NCBI GenBank assembly: GCA_028023455.1
Contig: JAQFVV010000007.1
Location: forward strand, 10,664,001-10,728,000
DNA: 64,000 bases
Source of the DNA: Epiperipatus broadwayi
Lineage: Eukaryota > Animalia > Onychophora
Direction: 5' to 3'
Made by a program: the position numbers and the translations under genes. The notes below the pieces were generated by a model. The model saw nothing but the letters and a program-made list of their open reading frames with translations, was not told where the DNA came from and did not search any database. This document shows positions 24,291-36,430 of the stretch, in pieces. Position 1 is the stretch's first letter, and each line of letters opens with the position of its first letter.

Positions 24291-25929
24291 GGAATATTTC
24301 AATCCACTCAAGTACTTCACTTTTTAAAAATATTTTTAGTGAGATAAATACTTCTACTTTTCAACACTTTGATCATTTAAAAAGTCATATATATAAAATT
24401 ATATTTGTATTTAGTTTTGACATAATAGATTATTGCTTATTCTGTCAATATTTATGAAAACCTCCTGACATGTTTAGCTATTTCGATTAGTGTAATAATG
24501 CTAATTTGTGTAATTTTTTACTATATAAAAAAAGAATGGACGTCACTTGAAGTTTCAATTTCAATATCTAAAATCAACCCCTAATTGGAAGGATCTATCT
24601 ATTGTAAGTTTTCTATTCTTCACATTATTTAACTAGGTTTTCTTCATACTTATTTATAACATGGTATATATTAAGCTATGGATATAGCTATTTTTACTAT
24701 TGCAGTTATATTTTTAAAATTCAAAAATATAAAGTTTAGAATAACGAAATTAAAACAGTGTAAGCAATATTATAAGAAACTCAATTATATACATATGTTT
24801 AGCAAACTAAAACTTTTGTCTACGATTAATTTGTTTTTGCGTGTAAAACTATGAATAATTTCTTATGTTTGTGATAGTTAAGTGTTAAATTGTAATTTAT
24901 GCTTGTATATTTTAATTATCTAGTTAAGTTAATTAATTGTTAGGTTTTCCTTTAAATATTTTATACATTGTTTAGTGTTTCTTTAAAGTATGTTATCTGA
25001 ATGATTTATATCTAAACTTTTTTTCTATAAATATTTTTTTCAAAATCTTGAAAATTTTAAAACTATAAAAAACTCTTCCTGATAAAAATTCTATCTAGTA
25101 ATAAAGAAACTAGAGAGGACTAAAATGGAATACTAATTGTAGTTACTATGAAATTAAAGATGATGAGAAATTTAAGTATATCTTTCGTCTCAAAATTTAG
25201 GCAAAGAAAAATACTTCTTTTCTCAGCATCATATTGTAAAATAAATTATGGTAAGATATGAATTGTAAAATATGTTTATTATGTTTAGATGAAAATTAAA
25301 ATAACATAAATTTGTAATATATAAGGGATTCGAACTCAGACTACATTATATATGTGCAGGTGGGTGTAAGCCTGTATAGTGTATTAATAAATATTGTGTA
25401 ATCTATTATTGGATTATATTAGAAGTTGAGAATTTTACACATTAAGTGTATATGCCATTACATCTTGATACTTATGAAATATTTTTTTTATTTAGGACTT
25501 GTAATAAATGGTGTTCTTTTTTATTATCATGGGTAAGGGTTGCCATTTGGTATAAATTAATTTCACACATATACGATTTTCTTTATAACAGGGCTTGTGT
25601 TGCAGTGGTTCACACATACTTTCCTCATAATATGATTGGGGGATAAAGTTATGCTGAGGGAATTTTTTTTTTAGTTATCTGGTCCATACTCACTCTACAT
25701 AACAATTTAAATTAAGTTTGAAAGGCGAACTTAGATATTAATAGCTAAAATCTCAAGTTATTCGATTGAACAGACTGATACTTAAATATTAAAGGTAAAT
25801 TGTGACACCCTTAAATCAAAGAGACATTATGTCCTGTGAAAAAGTACACCTTCTCTTTATATTTAACTAAACCACTAAACATCACATGATCACCATTTGT
25901 TATGCTTTCTCATAACTATTATTAAAACA

Positions 25930-26258
25930 GGCAAAACTCTCCATTCAGTAGTGCCACTCAGTGCAAGCCAGAGTAATCTGTGGATGCCAGAAGTCATGCA
26001 TAAATCCCTATCTATTGCCTACTCATCAATATCCCCAGACTAGTTTTTAGCTTGTGGCTTTTGTAAGTGATGAGCCTTGGATCTGAGAGCATTGCACTTA
26101 GATCTTAGGATCCAAGGCTTCTCACTGATGAAAGCCACAAGATAGAAACTAGTTGAGGATATTGGATGAGTAGGCGATAGGGGTTTTATGTACAAACCTT
26201 CTGGCATTCATTGTTTAATCTGGCTTGCACTGAGTGGCACTGTATGGAGAGTTTTGCC
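25930..26258. mobile_element. Fold-back element with a hammerhead core in each arm (family 2)
   Basis: ~150-bp inverted arms beginning ggcaaaactctcca; right arm TTCTCA CTGATGA A AGC-CACAA-GAT A GAAAC TAGT TGAGGA (26119-26159); left arm is a decayed mirror copy. Confidence 0.8.
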
Positions 26259-27327
26259 AATTTTTATATTTAACTAAATGAAATGTTTACTTCTTGTTTA
26301 AATCAAAATAACTATTTTTAATATACTCTGCCTGCTATTTTAAAATTTATAATTATAACATTACAAAATTATAATCCATAATTTATTATCTTTATGTAGA
26401 TATTTATGAGTCAAGTAAAGCACCAAAATAATAGTACACCTGGGTCTCATTTTATGCAGTAGATAGGTTCCTCAGAAAATGTGCACAAAAGAAATTGCAC
26501 AAAAATAGACTTAACTTACCTTGAGAAATGGGGGATAGATACTGTAATTTTCAAAAATCTCATAAAAGCAAAGGAACAACATAAAATTACTTCAAAATTC
26601 GTATTAAAAAAATAAGGAAATAAAATATGACTAATAAAAATTTTCAAATTTGAAAAAAATTGATACAGGACAAGCTTTTTTACTTTTTTTATTTTTTTAT
26701 TAACTACAGTATTTAATTATTCCAAACAATATATTTTAATGCATAATTTACATTTTTTCATACATGTACAGTATTTTAATCATTATCGCTATTTGATGAT
26801 ATGCAGTTTTGTTTGTGAACTAGTAAGACATCAGATTTGGCACAAGAGGAAATACAACTAGTGCCAACTTCATTTTTTTAATTGCTCTTATAGTACATGC
26901 ACCCAAACTAAAATGTGTTCCAATCACTGTTAATCTTTCCCATTTCACTAAACAATCTAAAATTAAAATTTTTATTTCCAAAGAAATTCATTTTCTTGGG
27001 TGTTTTTTCCCTCTCCATTAGAGTAAACTAAAAGTTTAAAATAAAAATAAGAACTTAGACTTATGATAATAAAAAGACACTTGCTCACCACTACTGGGCA
27101 AAATTTAATTAAAACTAACAATTAAAAATTAAATTATTATTTTTGTCTTTAATTTTTTAATTTTCAATTCCATTTAAAAATCAAATTTCATAGTTTCACA
27201 TCACATTAATTTCAGACCACATTACATAATTGATAAATTGTTAATTACATTTAAAAATTATATTTTAATTTTTAATTGTCAAATTTAATTGTGCCCACTG
27301 CTGTTACTCACCTTTTAAAAATAAACT

Positions 27328-27622
27328 TGTGGACATTAAATGATACTTGATTATGTACTCTTTTTTTAAGAAGCAAAAATAGAATGTGATTGAAAATCAA
27401 AAACAACAATATGCATAGTATACACATCTATAATGTTTTAACAGATTTACATTATAATCTTGTAAAATTTATTAATTGTGGACACTAAATGATTAATTGA
27501 TTACATATTCTTTTTTTAAAAAAGCAAAAATAGAATGTGATTGACAATGCAAAAACAATAACATGCATAGTATAGGCATCTATAATGTTTGAACAGATTT
27601 ACATTATAATCTTGTAAAATTT
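27328..27622. repeat. Two-copy tandem duplication (~150 bp)
   Basis: ttgtggaca.taaatgat..agcaaaaatagaatgtgattga..aacagatttacattataatcttgtaaaattt occurs twice. Confidence 0.9.
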
Positions 27623-27730
27623 AATGTGTGTATATAAAATGGGGAAATTCTGATTTTTAAGTGAATTATGAACTTCTTTATTACATAATAAAATCTATTA
27701 CAGTACTATTATAAAGTGCTGAAAATATTG

Positions 27731-27856
27731 AAATTATTAGATGGAAGTCGAAATCTGATAATGTGCTTTTACTTTAAATATGACATGAGTGCGCAAAATT
27801 TATAATATTTAAAGTAATAGTGCATTATCGGAGCTCGACTTCTGATCTAATAATTT
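27731..27856. repeat. Short MITE-like hairpin
   Basis: aaattattagatggaagtcgaaatctgataatgtgcttttactttaaata pairs imperfectly with 27806-27856. Confidence 0.75.
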
Positions 27857-30332
27857 TTATCACATAAAAGAAAAAACACATACAAAGATATTAAGAAGAA
27901 ACATGAATCACATAACTTCAAAATCACATTAAATAAATCCACATAAAATGAGACCTGGGTAAATAGGAAAATAGGATCAACACATCAATCCTGGACCTTG
28001 TGGAGTAGATTATCTTGTGGAAATATGACTTCCATTGCAATGATGCTAATCCTCATATAAACTAAGCAAATATTTATTGTATTATTTAATTACTTTTTAA
28101 TATATAAAAATGAAAAGAAAGATTTATTGGATAACTTAAAATGAACTTATCTATGCAACTATTAAGCAAAAACAATTTAATCTATAATCCCAAGCATTTA
28201 AATAATATTTTAATGATATATTTGCATATCTCTCAAGATACATTATAAATAATATTTAATTAAAAAAAAAAACCCAACAAATTATTAATTTAAAATATAT
28301 TTTTATATAAAACTAATTTTAAGAATCTTACTGGTTAGGCTATTTTTTGTCATGGTAATATGTTTCCCAGAGCATCAGAATGGGTTTAAAAATTCAAGCA
28401 GCATTATATACACAACTTTTATTAATAAGAAAGCACAAAAAGTGTGTGAGATACAATTCATATATTACTTTTATTTATTTATTGGAAATGTTTGAGAACA
28501 GTTTTCCATGGATGTGTTACCAATAATATAGAGAAGTGATACAAATTTATAGCACATGTATTAATATTAAAGCATTACAGGTTTAATTTTAACACATTGA
28601 ATCCTTGATTATAAAATAAGTCTATATTTTAAAAAGTTTTATGCAATAAAAAAAAATTTTAATTGATACATCATCATCTTAGTTAGCAATGGATTTTTAT
28701 GCTAGGATTTTCCATAGTAACCTTTATCAATTTGAACCCACAATTTTGATTTACAATTGATTATTCACTATTATGATTTTAAAATAAATGTAAAACTTCT
28801 TTAAAAAATAACTGCCATTTTCTTTTTAAAAATGGTGGTCATTTTAGGATAATAACATTATTAAGTATATCATCCAAAAATAAAATTGAGATATTCATGC
28901 TAAAAATGTATAGTACAGTACAGAGTTTACTCATATGGTATATAATATTATGTTCAACTATAGAATTAAAATATGATTAATGTACTTTACTTAATTTTCA
29001 TCCAGTGTTTTTTAAAAATAGTCAGTGATTTCATTTATAATATATCCAAAGTAAAGAAGATTTCATCATTAATAACTATGAAAACAAAAAAATGCCAGTT
29101 TCATTCACTATAGTAAGTAATCAAAAACATACTTTCACCATGTATAACAACAAAGTGAATTAACATTAAATTTTAAAATGTATATATTAGCAAAAACATA
29201 TTCAATCAATTTTATGGATTAAATTTCTTATGCATATTATTTTGCTTATTCTAAAATACAATTGCAAATTATTTTAAGAAAAAAAATATTGCAGCCATTA
29301 TGCAACTAATAATCAATTTTATATAATCAATGTTATTAAACATTAGGTTTAAAATATTTAAACCAACGATAATTTCATAATTTGTTTCTGATATTCAAGA
29401 TAATGATGACTTTTATCTTAAAAATAAAAAATACAGTAATGCCAAAAAATGTAATCATTTACATTTATTAAAACTATAGCTATCAACTGTATATTATATT
29501 TTTTATCTAATTTTTATTTAAGAATATTTGCATTTATATAAAATAAATAAATTTCCAAACTCTTTGTTGCCTTAAAAAATTAGTTGGCTTTGCAGAAAAA
29601 AATTCAAAGTATTATTGGTTAAATATTATAAAGATAAAAAAACTTTGGTATTAGACATAAAGTGGGAAAAAATTTTTTTAATGTACATTGTAAGTTAATT
29701 TTTTTAAAAAATGTGCATTATGATTAGGTAATTATTTTTCAACATGCTTTATTTTAATTAAACAAATTATAATTCAGGAAATATCATTTTCTGGCTGTCT
29801 AAGAAACAAAATAGGGACCATCACTAAAAAAAAATTTTTTTTTTAATATTATAGCTTCTGGAATGGTTTATACAGTGTATTTATCAACAGGTTAGTAATT
29901 TTTTTAAAATAATAATATGTTTAGTAAAATGTTTATTCAATAATTATTACATTTTTATCAATTTACATTTTATTTTTAAATCAGCATTTATTTTTTATAG
30001 CGTCTGTATACAATTGTAATCACATTCATATCGGCTTTTTCAAACCAAATTGTGCAAACGCTTTTTGCCAGTGTTAAATAATAAATGAATACCCTCTGAT
30101 CTATACAAGATATAGAATTTATGCAGCAATAAGTTTTTAATATTTAAATACAAGTATAATTAATATACTTGGTAAGGTATAATATAGAAGATTTGAACAC
30201 AGACTCAAGATCCCTTCAATTATCCACTCTATGACATACAACTGATACACATGACTATGCACATGTGAAAAAAATAAATGATCTCACTATATGTATTTCA
30301 TGTTGAACTAGCACTCATTATTTGATCCAGAT

Positions 30333-30338
<6 letters not shown>

Positions 30339-30377
<39 letters not shown>

Positions 30378-30412
30378 ATATATATATATATAAATATCAA
30401 TATATATATATA
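30339..30412. repeat. Compound microsatellite (TC)n(AC)n(AT)n
   Basis: Directly visible. Confidence 0.95.
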
Positions 30413-30420
30413 TAATCAAT

Positions 30421-30762
30421 GCTTGGTTTATATTAAGAGCAAATCTTCAATCTTTAACGGACAGGCTTCAATCTATTCCCTCCAACTTCTCAGCCATTGA
30501 TACTTGTATTTAAATATTACAATTTCAGTCTGTACCCTGCCCATCTCTCTTCTATGTATTTAAATGAACAGGTTCCTATACATGAGGGGTCAGAGTAACT
30601 TAAAGTTAACATGGCCATACAAATAATATTGGCATTAGCAAAGAATTTGGACATTTAATCTTCAAATTTTCAATGGTGTGGATGGCTGAAGAGTTAGAGG
30701 ATGGAGTATATTAAAGTCTGTTCATTAAAGATTGATGATTTGCTATCTCAATATAAACTGAG
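30421..30762. repeat. Inverted-repeat element (~85-bp arms, ~170-bp spacer)
   Basis: 30421-30507 is the approximate reverse complement of 30676-30762. Confidence 0.75.
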
Positions 30763-30767
30763 TACTG

Positions 30768-30769
<2 letters not shown>

Positions 30770-30840
<71 letters not shown>
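30770..30840. repeat. (TA)n microsatellite
   Basis: Directly visible, one cc interruption. Confidence 0.95.
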
Positions 30841-30842
<2 letters not shown>

Positions 30843-32468
30843 AGATGATGATCTGGACCAACTAATGAGTGTTGGTTCAGCACAAAATATGTATACTGGA
30901 GATCATTTACCTTTTTCATATGTGCATCATCTTGTGTATTGGTTGTATGAGATAGAGTGGATAGCTGAAGAGATCTTGAAGGTCTGTGTTCAAATCCTCT
31001 ATATTATAAATAGACTTTTATATATTTTAGGTAATGAATTATTTTTTCCCCATAGAAATTGACTTTGAGTGCTTATTTTTCAAAATGAGATTTTGGTTTA
31101 TGAAATATTTTATTCAGGATAAAAATATACTCAGAAAAATATTAAACAAAAATTCAGATTCAGCAAGTCAAACTAAAAAAAAAAAAGATCTGTTTTCATT
31201 TTTTAGTTAGACATTTTATATATTTTTTCATTATGAGAACTAATTCACAATGTGTCTACAATTGTTTTTAACCTTTATTTTATAATTGTTCATTTTTTAC
31301 AGACCTTGCAGTTTTGTTTTATACACAAATAATTTACTACCATGAAATTAATAAAAAACAAAACAACAGCAAACAAATAAAGTCATGTCTAACCAATTCA
31401 TATTTAAAAAAAAAAATTCTGCTTAACTTTAAACGTTTAAAATCTGGTGAAAGCAAGATGTACTTAGAAATCCCATTAAAAAACAATATTTAAACGTAGA
31501 ATATAATACATTGTTATATTATAAGAAAAATGGGTACTTACATATTAGTCATGCACTGATGAAAGTTGCTGACAACAAGCAAATGTGTATATAAAGACCA
31601 AACTAAAGATGCTTACGATCTTCTAAGAAAGTAAATGAATTAAATTTGTATGTGAATATTAGCTAATATTCTGTCAAGAAGAAAATAATTAGTAAAAATA
31701 TGGCATTTTATACAAAAATTGAATTGCAGGGCAAAAATTGTTTGACACATGGGAAAATCTTAGATAAAAAATTGGCATTTATTACTATAAAGAGATTTAT
31801 TACTAATAGTGAAATATCTGAGATATTTGAAATTAAATGTAACATTAAAGAAGGTTATTCTCTAGTTCTGCTTTTATAGAACATGTCTTTGGCACTGTTG
31901 TGACTTTATAAAAAGGTTTAACTATTTCATAAAAGTACCCTATAATAGCACTATAATATTTGACATTTTAAAAGGCACAATTGTGCTGTGATCACTACTT
32001 TTCTACATTGTTTTAAAGTGTTGTATATGTTAAATTATGGTCTGCAATGGGCTGCAGCAATTCTTTCTAAGAAGCTTCCATTTTTAATGTATTAATTTAA
32101 AAAACTTGAAGAGATTTCAGCAGTATATGGATGTTTATGGACCTTTGTTTGTGATTGATGGCACATTCTATTGATCTGACAAAGCTAAGAAGAAGATAGC
32201 AATATGTGATTGGTTGATGCTTTAGATTCATTTCCCCTTAGGGTAAATGTTACACAAAACATGCTTATCAGTAACTGTTAATAACTATGATGCAATATTT
32301 TTGTAAAATATATTATTAAACCAAAAACCACATCACTAGAGGGGGGAGTGGATCTTTGAAAACATTTTATTTTTAAAAATATGGCTCTTAGAAAGTATAC
32401 AAAGTATGTTACAAAAACTGGAAATTACCAAAAAAAAAGCCATTAGAGGATAAAAAGAAAATTGTTTT

Positions 32469-32648
32469 TAATAATGTGAAAGGCTAAAACTTTCAACAGA
32501 AGTGCCTTAAGAATGCTTATGTGACAGCCATTCAGATGTTATAATGACTGCATATGGAACTCTCAATTAAAAAACACAAGCCTGATTGGCTGTCACATAA
32601 GCATTTTTAAGGCACTTCTGTCGAAGATTTTAGCCTTTCATATTATTA
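32469..32648. mobile_element. MITE-like element with ~67-bp near-perfect terminal inverted repeats
   Basis: taataatgtgaaaggctaaaac..gtgacagccattcag (32469-32535) versus ctgattggctgtcac..tagcctttcatattatta (32582-32648); 46-nt spacer. Confidence 0.85.
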
Positions 32649-35382
32649 GATCATCTGCTGGTGCTTAATAAATTTTAATATATTTAAATTGTTTTGGTAA
32701 AAATTGTAACTGAAATATTTGAATAACAATTAATAATTTATTAACTTGTAGAATTTTTTTTTGTGTGTGATGATAACTAATTTTAAATATATCATTTTTT
32801 AATAACATAAAATTGTAATATCTAATATTTTGTTCTTATAATTTTTTTGAATGGATGTCATGAAGCCAATAATGATGTTTTCCTTTGTTATTGATAAGAC
32901 CTTCAGTTAGATACTTATTTTCACAATTTTAAAATATTAATTTTTCATATTTTAGAATTTTAAGTATTAGAAGGCTTAATTATTTATAACACAGTCTATA
33001 AATGAAAGTTGCAATATATGTAAAAAGTATTTAATTGCACAAAAATATCAAACATGACATCATAGTAAAAATACTCATCACTAGAGTCTGTTCAAAAATT
33101 TGGAGGTCGGGTTGATACTGAAAGAATTTAAAAATACGATATAAGTTTGATGGGGGATTTTTTATTTTGAAATGATTAGAAGCAAAAATTAAAACTTCAA
33201 CTTTCTGGCTTCTAAATTTACAAAACAATCATGATTACACCATTCATATTAGTGTTTTATATGCAGTTATAAAAACACAGGTTAAGCAATTAATTATTTA
33301 TATTGTATGAATTTTATGTGCACTCCCTTTAAGTAAGAGTTTCAAAAGAACAAATGAATCACTTGATCTTAGCGCTTATTCATATATAAGCTGACCATTA
33401 TTTACTGTGTTTAACTCAAGAGTTTGATTGTATTGTGTATTTGAGAATTCAATTGACAAACGAATTGTACAAAATTAATACATATTTCACAGGTAAGAGA
33501 AACTTTCTTAATTTTAATTATTTGCAATTTTAACATATATTAATTTAGAATTTATATAAATCAATAAATAATTTTAATGTAAATAAATAATTAAATTTTA
33601 TATGTATAGATTACATTATATGCTGTAAAATGAAAATTATAAAAATAGAAAGGAGTTCATTTAATTATTCCATGTTGAGCTGGTATTTTTAGATCAGCTC
33701 ATGTATATATGCATGTATATATTATAACTTATTAAAAGCATATATATTAGCTTAAAATAATTTTTTAATATATAATTTTAAAAAGTTTTTTTATTAATTT
33801 TAAATTTTGGAAAGATAAGGGTGTGGGAATAAAAAAAGAGTAGATTTTTTTTATTATTAATTACCTCTATTGTTGAAACTTGTCAAATTAAAAATATTTC
33901 ATTACCTATTTATGCTAATAAAACAATTTTTTTCTTCTAATTAAAAGAAAAATATAACAAAAGAACAAAAAGTGGATTGCTAAAACATAGCTAAAAATAA
34001 ATTAAAGGTGTGAATCCAATTTAAAAGAACTGAAAACATAAATTGTGGAGATCGTTATTGTTCAAGCAGTCAGAGCCATTTTTTGCTTTAAAAAAAGTAA
34101 TATGGATCAAGAATAGTTCCCAGAAAATATTGTTAACAGCATCAAGAAAAGGTTCTCTGACTAAAGAATATTTAAGAAACTTTCCCTTCAGGAAATTCAT
34201 CTTCCTGACACATCTGGAACCACCCAAGTGATCATTAAACTGGACAGGAGAAAGTTTAACCAGCTAGCCAGGGATGCCTGGAAAATGCCAATGGACTACC
34301 CACAGGATTCATGCCAGCACTTTGCTTACTTGGAGAAAGTAATCACAGATCGATCAGGGTAGCTATGACTGTAACTGAGTGAACTTTGATTCCATTTTGC
34401 ATAGTAGAAATATATACTATTAATTGTCTTAAATGTTTCAACAATAGAGTGCAGGATTACTAATGGAAATTTTTATTATGTTATGTTAATCAGGCTAAAA
34501 TAGGGGGGAGGGTAAACTGATAGATTATTTAAATATATTTTTATATGCATTTTTATTATAATTCAATGTATGAATCAGTCTAGATTTTTCCGAATAACGT
34601 TAACTGCTCGATCTTGAAAGACAAACGAGGGAGGGGAGCATTTAGGCCAGTTGTATGTTTGACAATAAGTAACCCAAGAACCTTATGTCAGGACATGGGG
34701 TAGGGAAAATGGATGCCCCAATGGCTGTAAGCAAATGACAGACAGTTATATCATCCATTGAAATTAGAATAAATTGTTTAATGTTAGAACGCGGAGGTCT
34801 GAGTGCTGCCATTCGACACACTTTTGTTAGTAAGTCTCCCTTGTGTTTCACTTCTACTTTATCAGGGTCTCCATAATTATTTGGGACAGCTGTTGTATGT
34901 AGGTTAAGTGTTAGTGCATGTTGCCTCGAGAAAAGAATATTAGTTAAATAATTTGTACTGTATTTAAAAAAATTAACATTTGCATTTAAAATTAAGTTTG
35001 TATTTGTTCTTTATAGAAAAAATTCAAGTCAGTTACATATGCTATAGGGAAAGAGAATCTGTCTTTAAATTGAAAGTGAATATAATAAAATTTATTAAAT
35101 GTCATATTTGAGTGTCTCTGTTTAATCTAGTTTAGTAATTTATTTCAGTGTCCATTTGGTTGAAATAAATTCACATAAAGTTACCTTTTAAAAATATATT
35201 TGGTGATTGCTGTTCATAAATAAATAAATGACTGTGATTATGGAAGCATTCACAATCTGGTTCCAAGCTAAAAATGCTTGGCAGCACCCTCAATCTGACA
35301 CCGTATTTTTGTAATTTTAAAAAATTTGCAGATAATGTCAAAATGTTGTGGCACAGTGTGATTATGTTTATAATAGATATCA

Positions 35383-35590
35383 TCAACATCATCATCATCA
35401 TTATTTTAACTATTACCAATTCATTGTTGGATGAAGATCCCTCCATGTTTAATTCAGTTTCTCCTGTAATTTTTCCACATCATCCCAACATACTTTCTTT
35501 TTGAATCCATTCATCTCACATAAGGTTTTTTTTTAAGTCTTTTACAATTTCTTTGAATCAAGTTTAAGATTTCAACTGTCTATCTTCTGT
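35383..35590 (-). mobile_element. Decayed RTE 3' fragment
   Basis: catcatcatcatca tail and ggatgaagatccctccatgtttaattc..ccattcatctcacat..gtttaagatttcaactgtc. Confidence 0.8.
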
Positions 35591-36249
35591 TATCTAAATA
35601 TATTAATTTTTAATTAAAGTTTAAAATGCAAACATAGAAATGATCAGAAAAATTCTAGTGAAATAGCTTAGTAATAATTTTTAAGGATCTGGTGAGGTTA
35701 ACATTAGAGCTGTGTATGCGATATGTTCTTTTCACAAAAAAATGTAATACTTAATTTTTAAAAATCATAATGCTTTTTAGCACAATAATGATGAAAAAAT
35801 CAGCAATAATTTAAGCTTTGCTTGGTATCAACCTGATAATATAAAACAATCTTAGTAAAAATTTGAATTAGAAAAACATATCTTGGATGATGAGATATAA
35901 TAAAAATTTCAATGTGCATCTACATTGCATTTACTAATTTAAAAAGTAGAATGTTTTATCATAGTGATATAACTGCTTTAACTAAATCATGCATAGGCTG
36001 TCTTTCTGCTAAATCTGTTGCCTGAATGTAATAATGGATTTTAGTTGTAAAGAAGTGAGACAGACACTATAAAATTTTACTTAAACATATACAAGTTGTC
36101 CAGTGATATGGTGATTGGTGACTAGTTCTCCCTCCAAGCTGCCTACAGTATTATCTTAAAATCAACACATGCATTTTATAGTGCCATAGATTAACAATTC
36201 ACTGTAAAAATTTTAAAATACTATCATGTCTGGTCATGAGTTATGCTAT

Positions 36250-36430
36250 AAAATGTGACAAATTCCACTAACATTAAATTTTGTTTAAATTGGGAAAAAG
36301 TGTTACTTAAAGATTTGAAATGATTCAGGTTGTATCCACAGATAAACCATGAGTTTCAAGAACTTTTTAAAGTGGTTTAAAAGATTTTGTGTTGGAGAAG
36401 ATTGAAGTCACCATCACACTTCTTGGTGTA
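36250..36430 (+). pseudogene. Mariner-type transposase N-terminal remnant
   Basis: With frameshifts reads NIKFCL.LGKSVT*RFEMIQVV..WFKRF, resembling the mariner HTH region (IKFC.KLGKSATETFEM..WFKRF). Confidence 0.5.
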
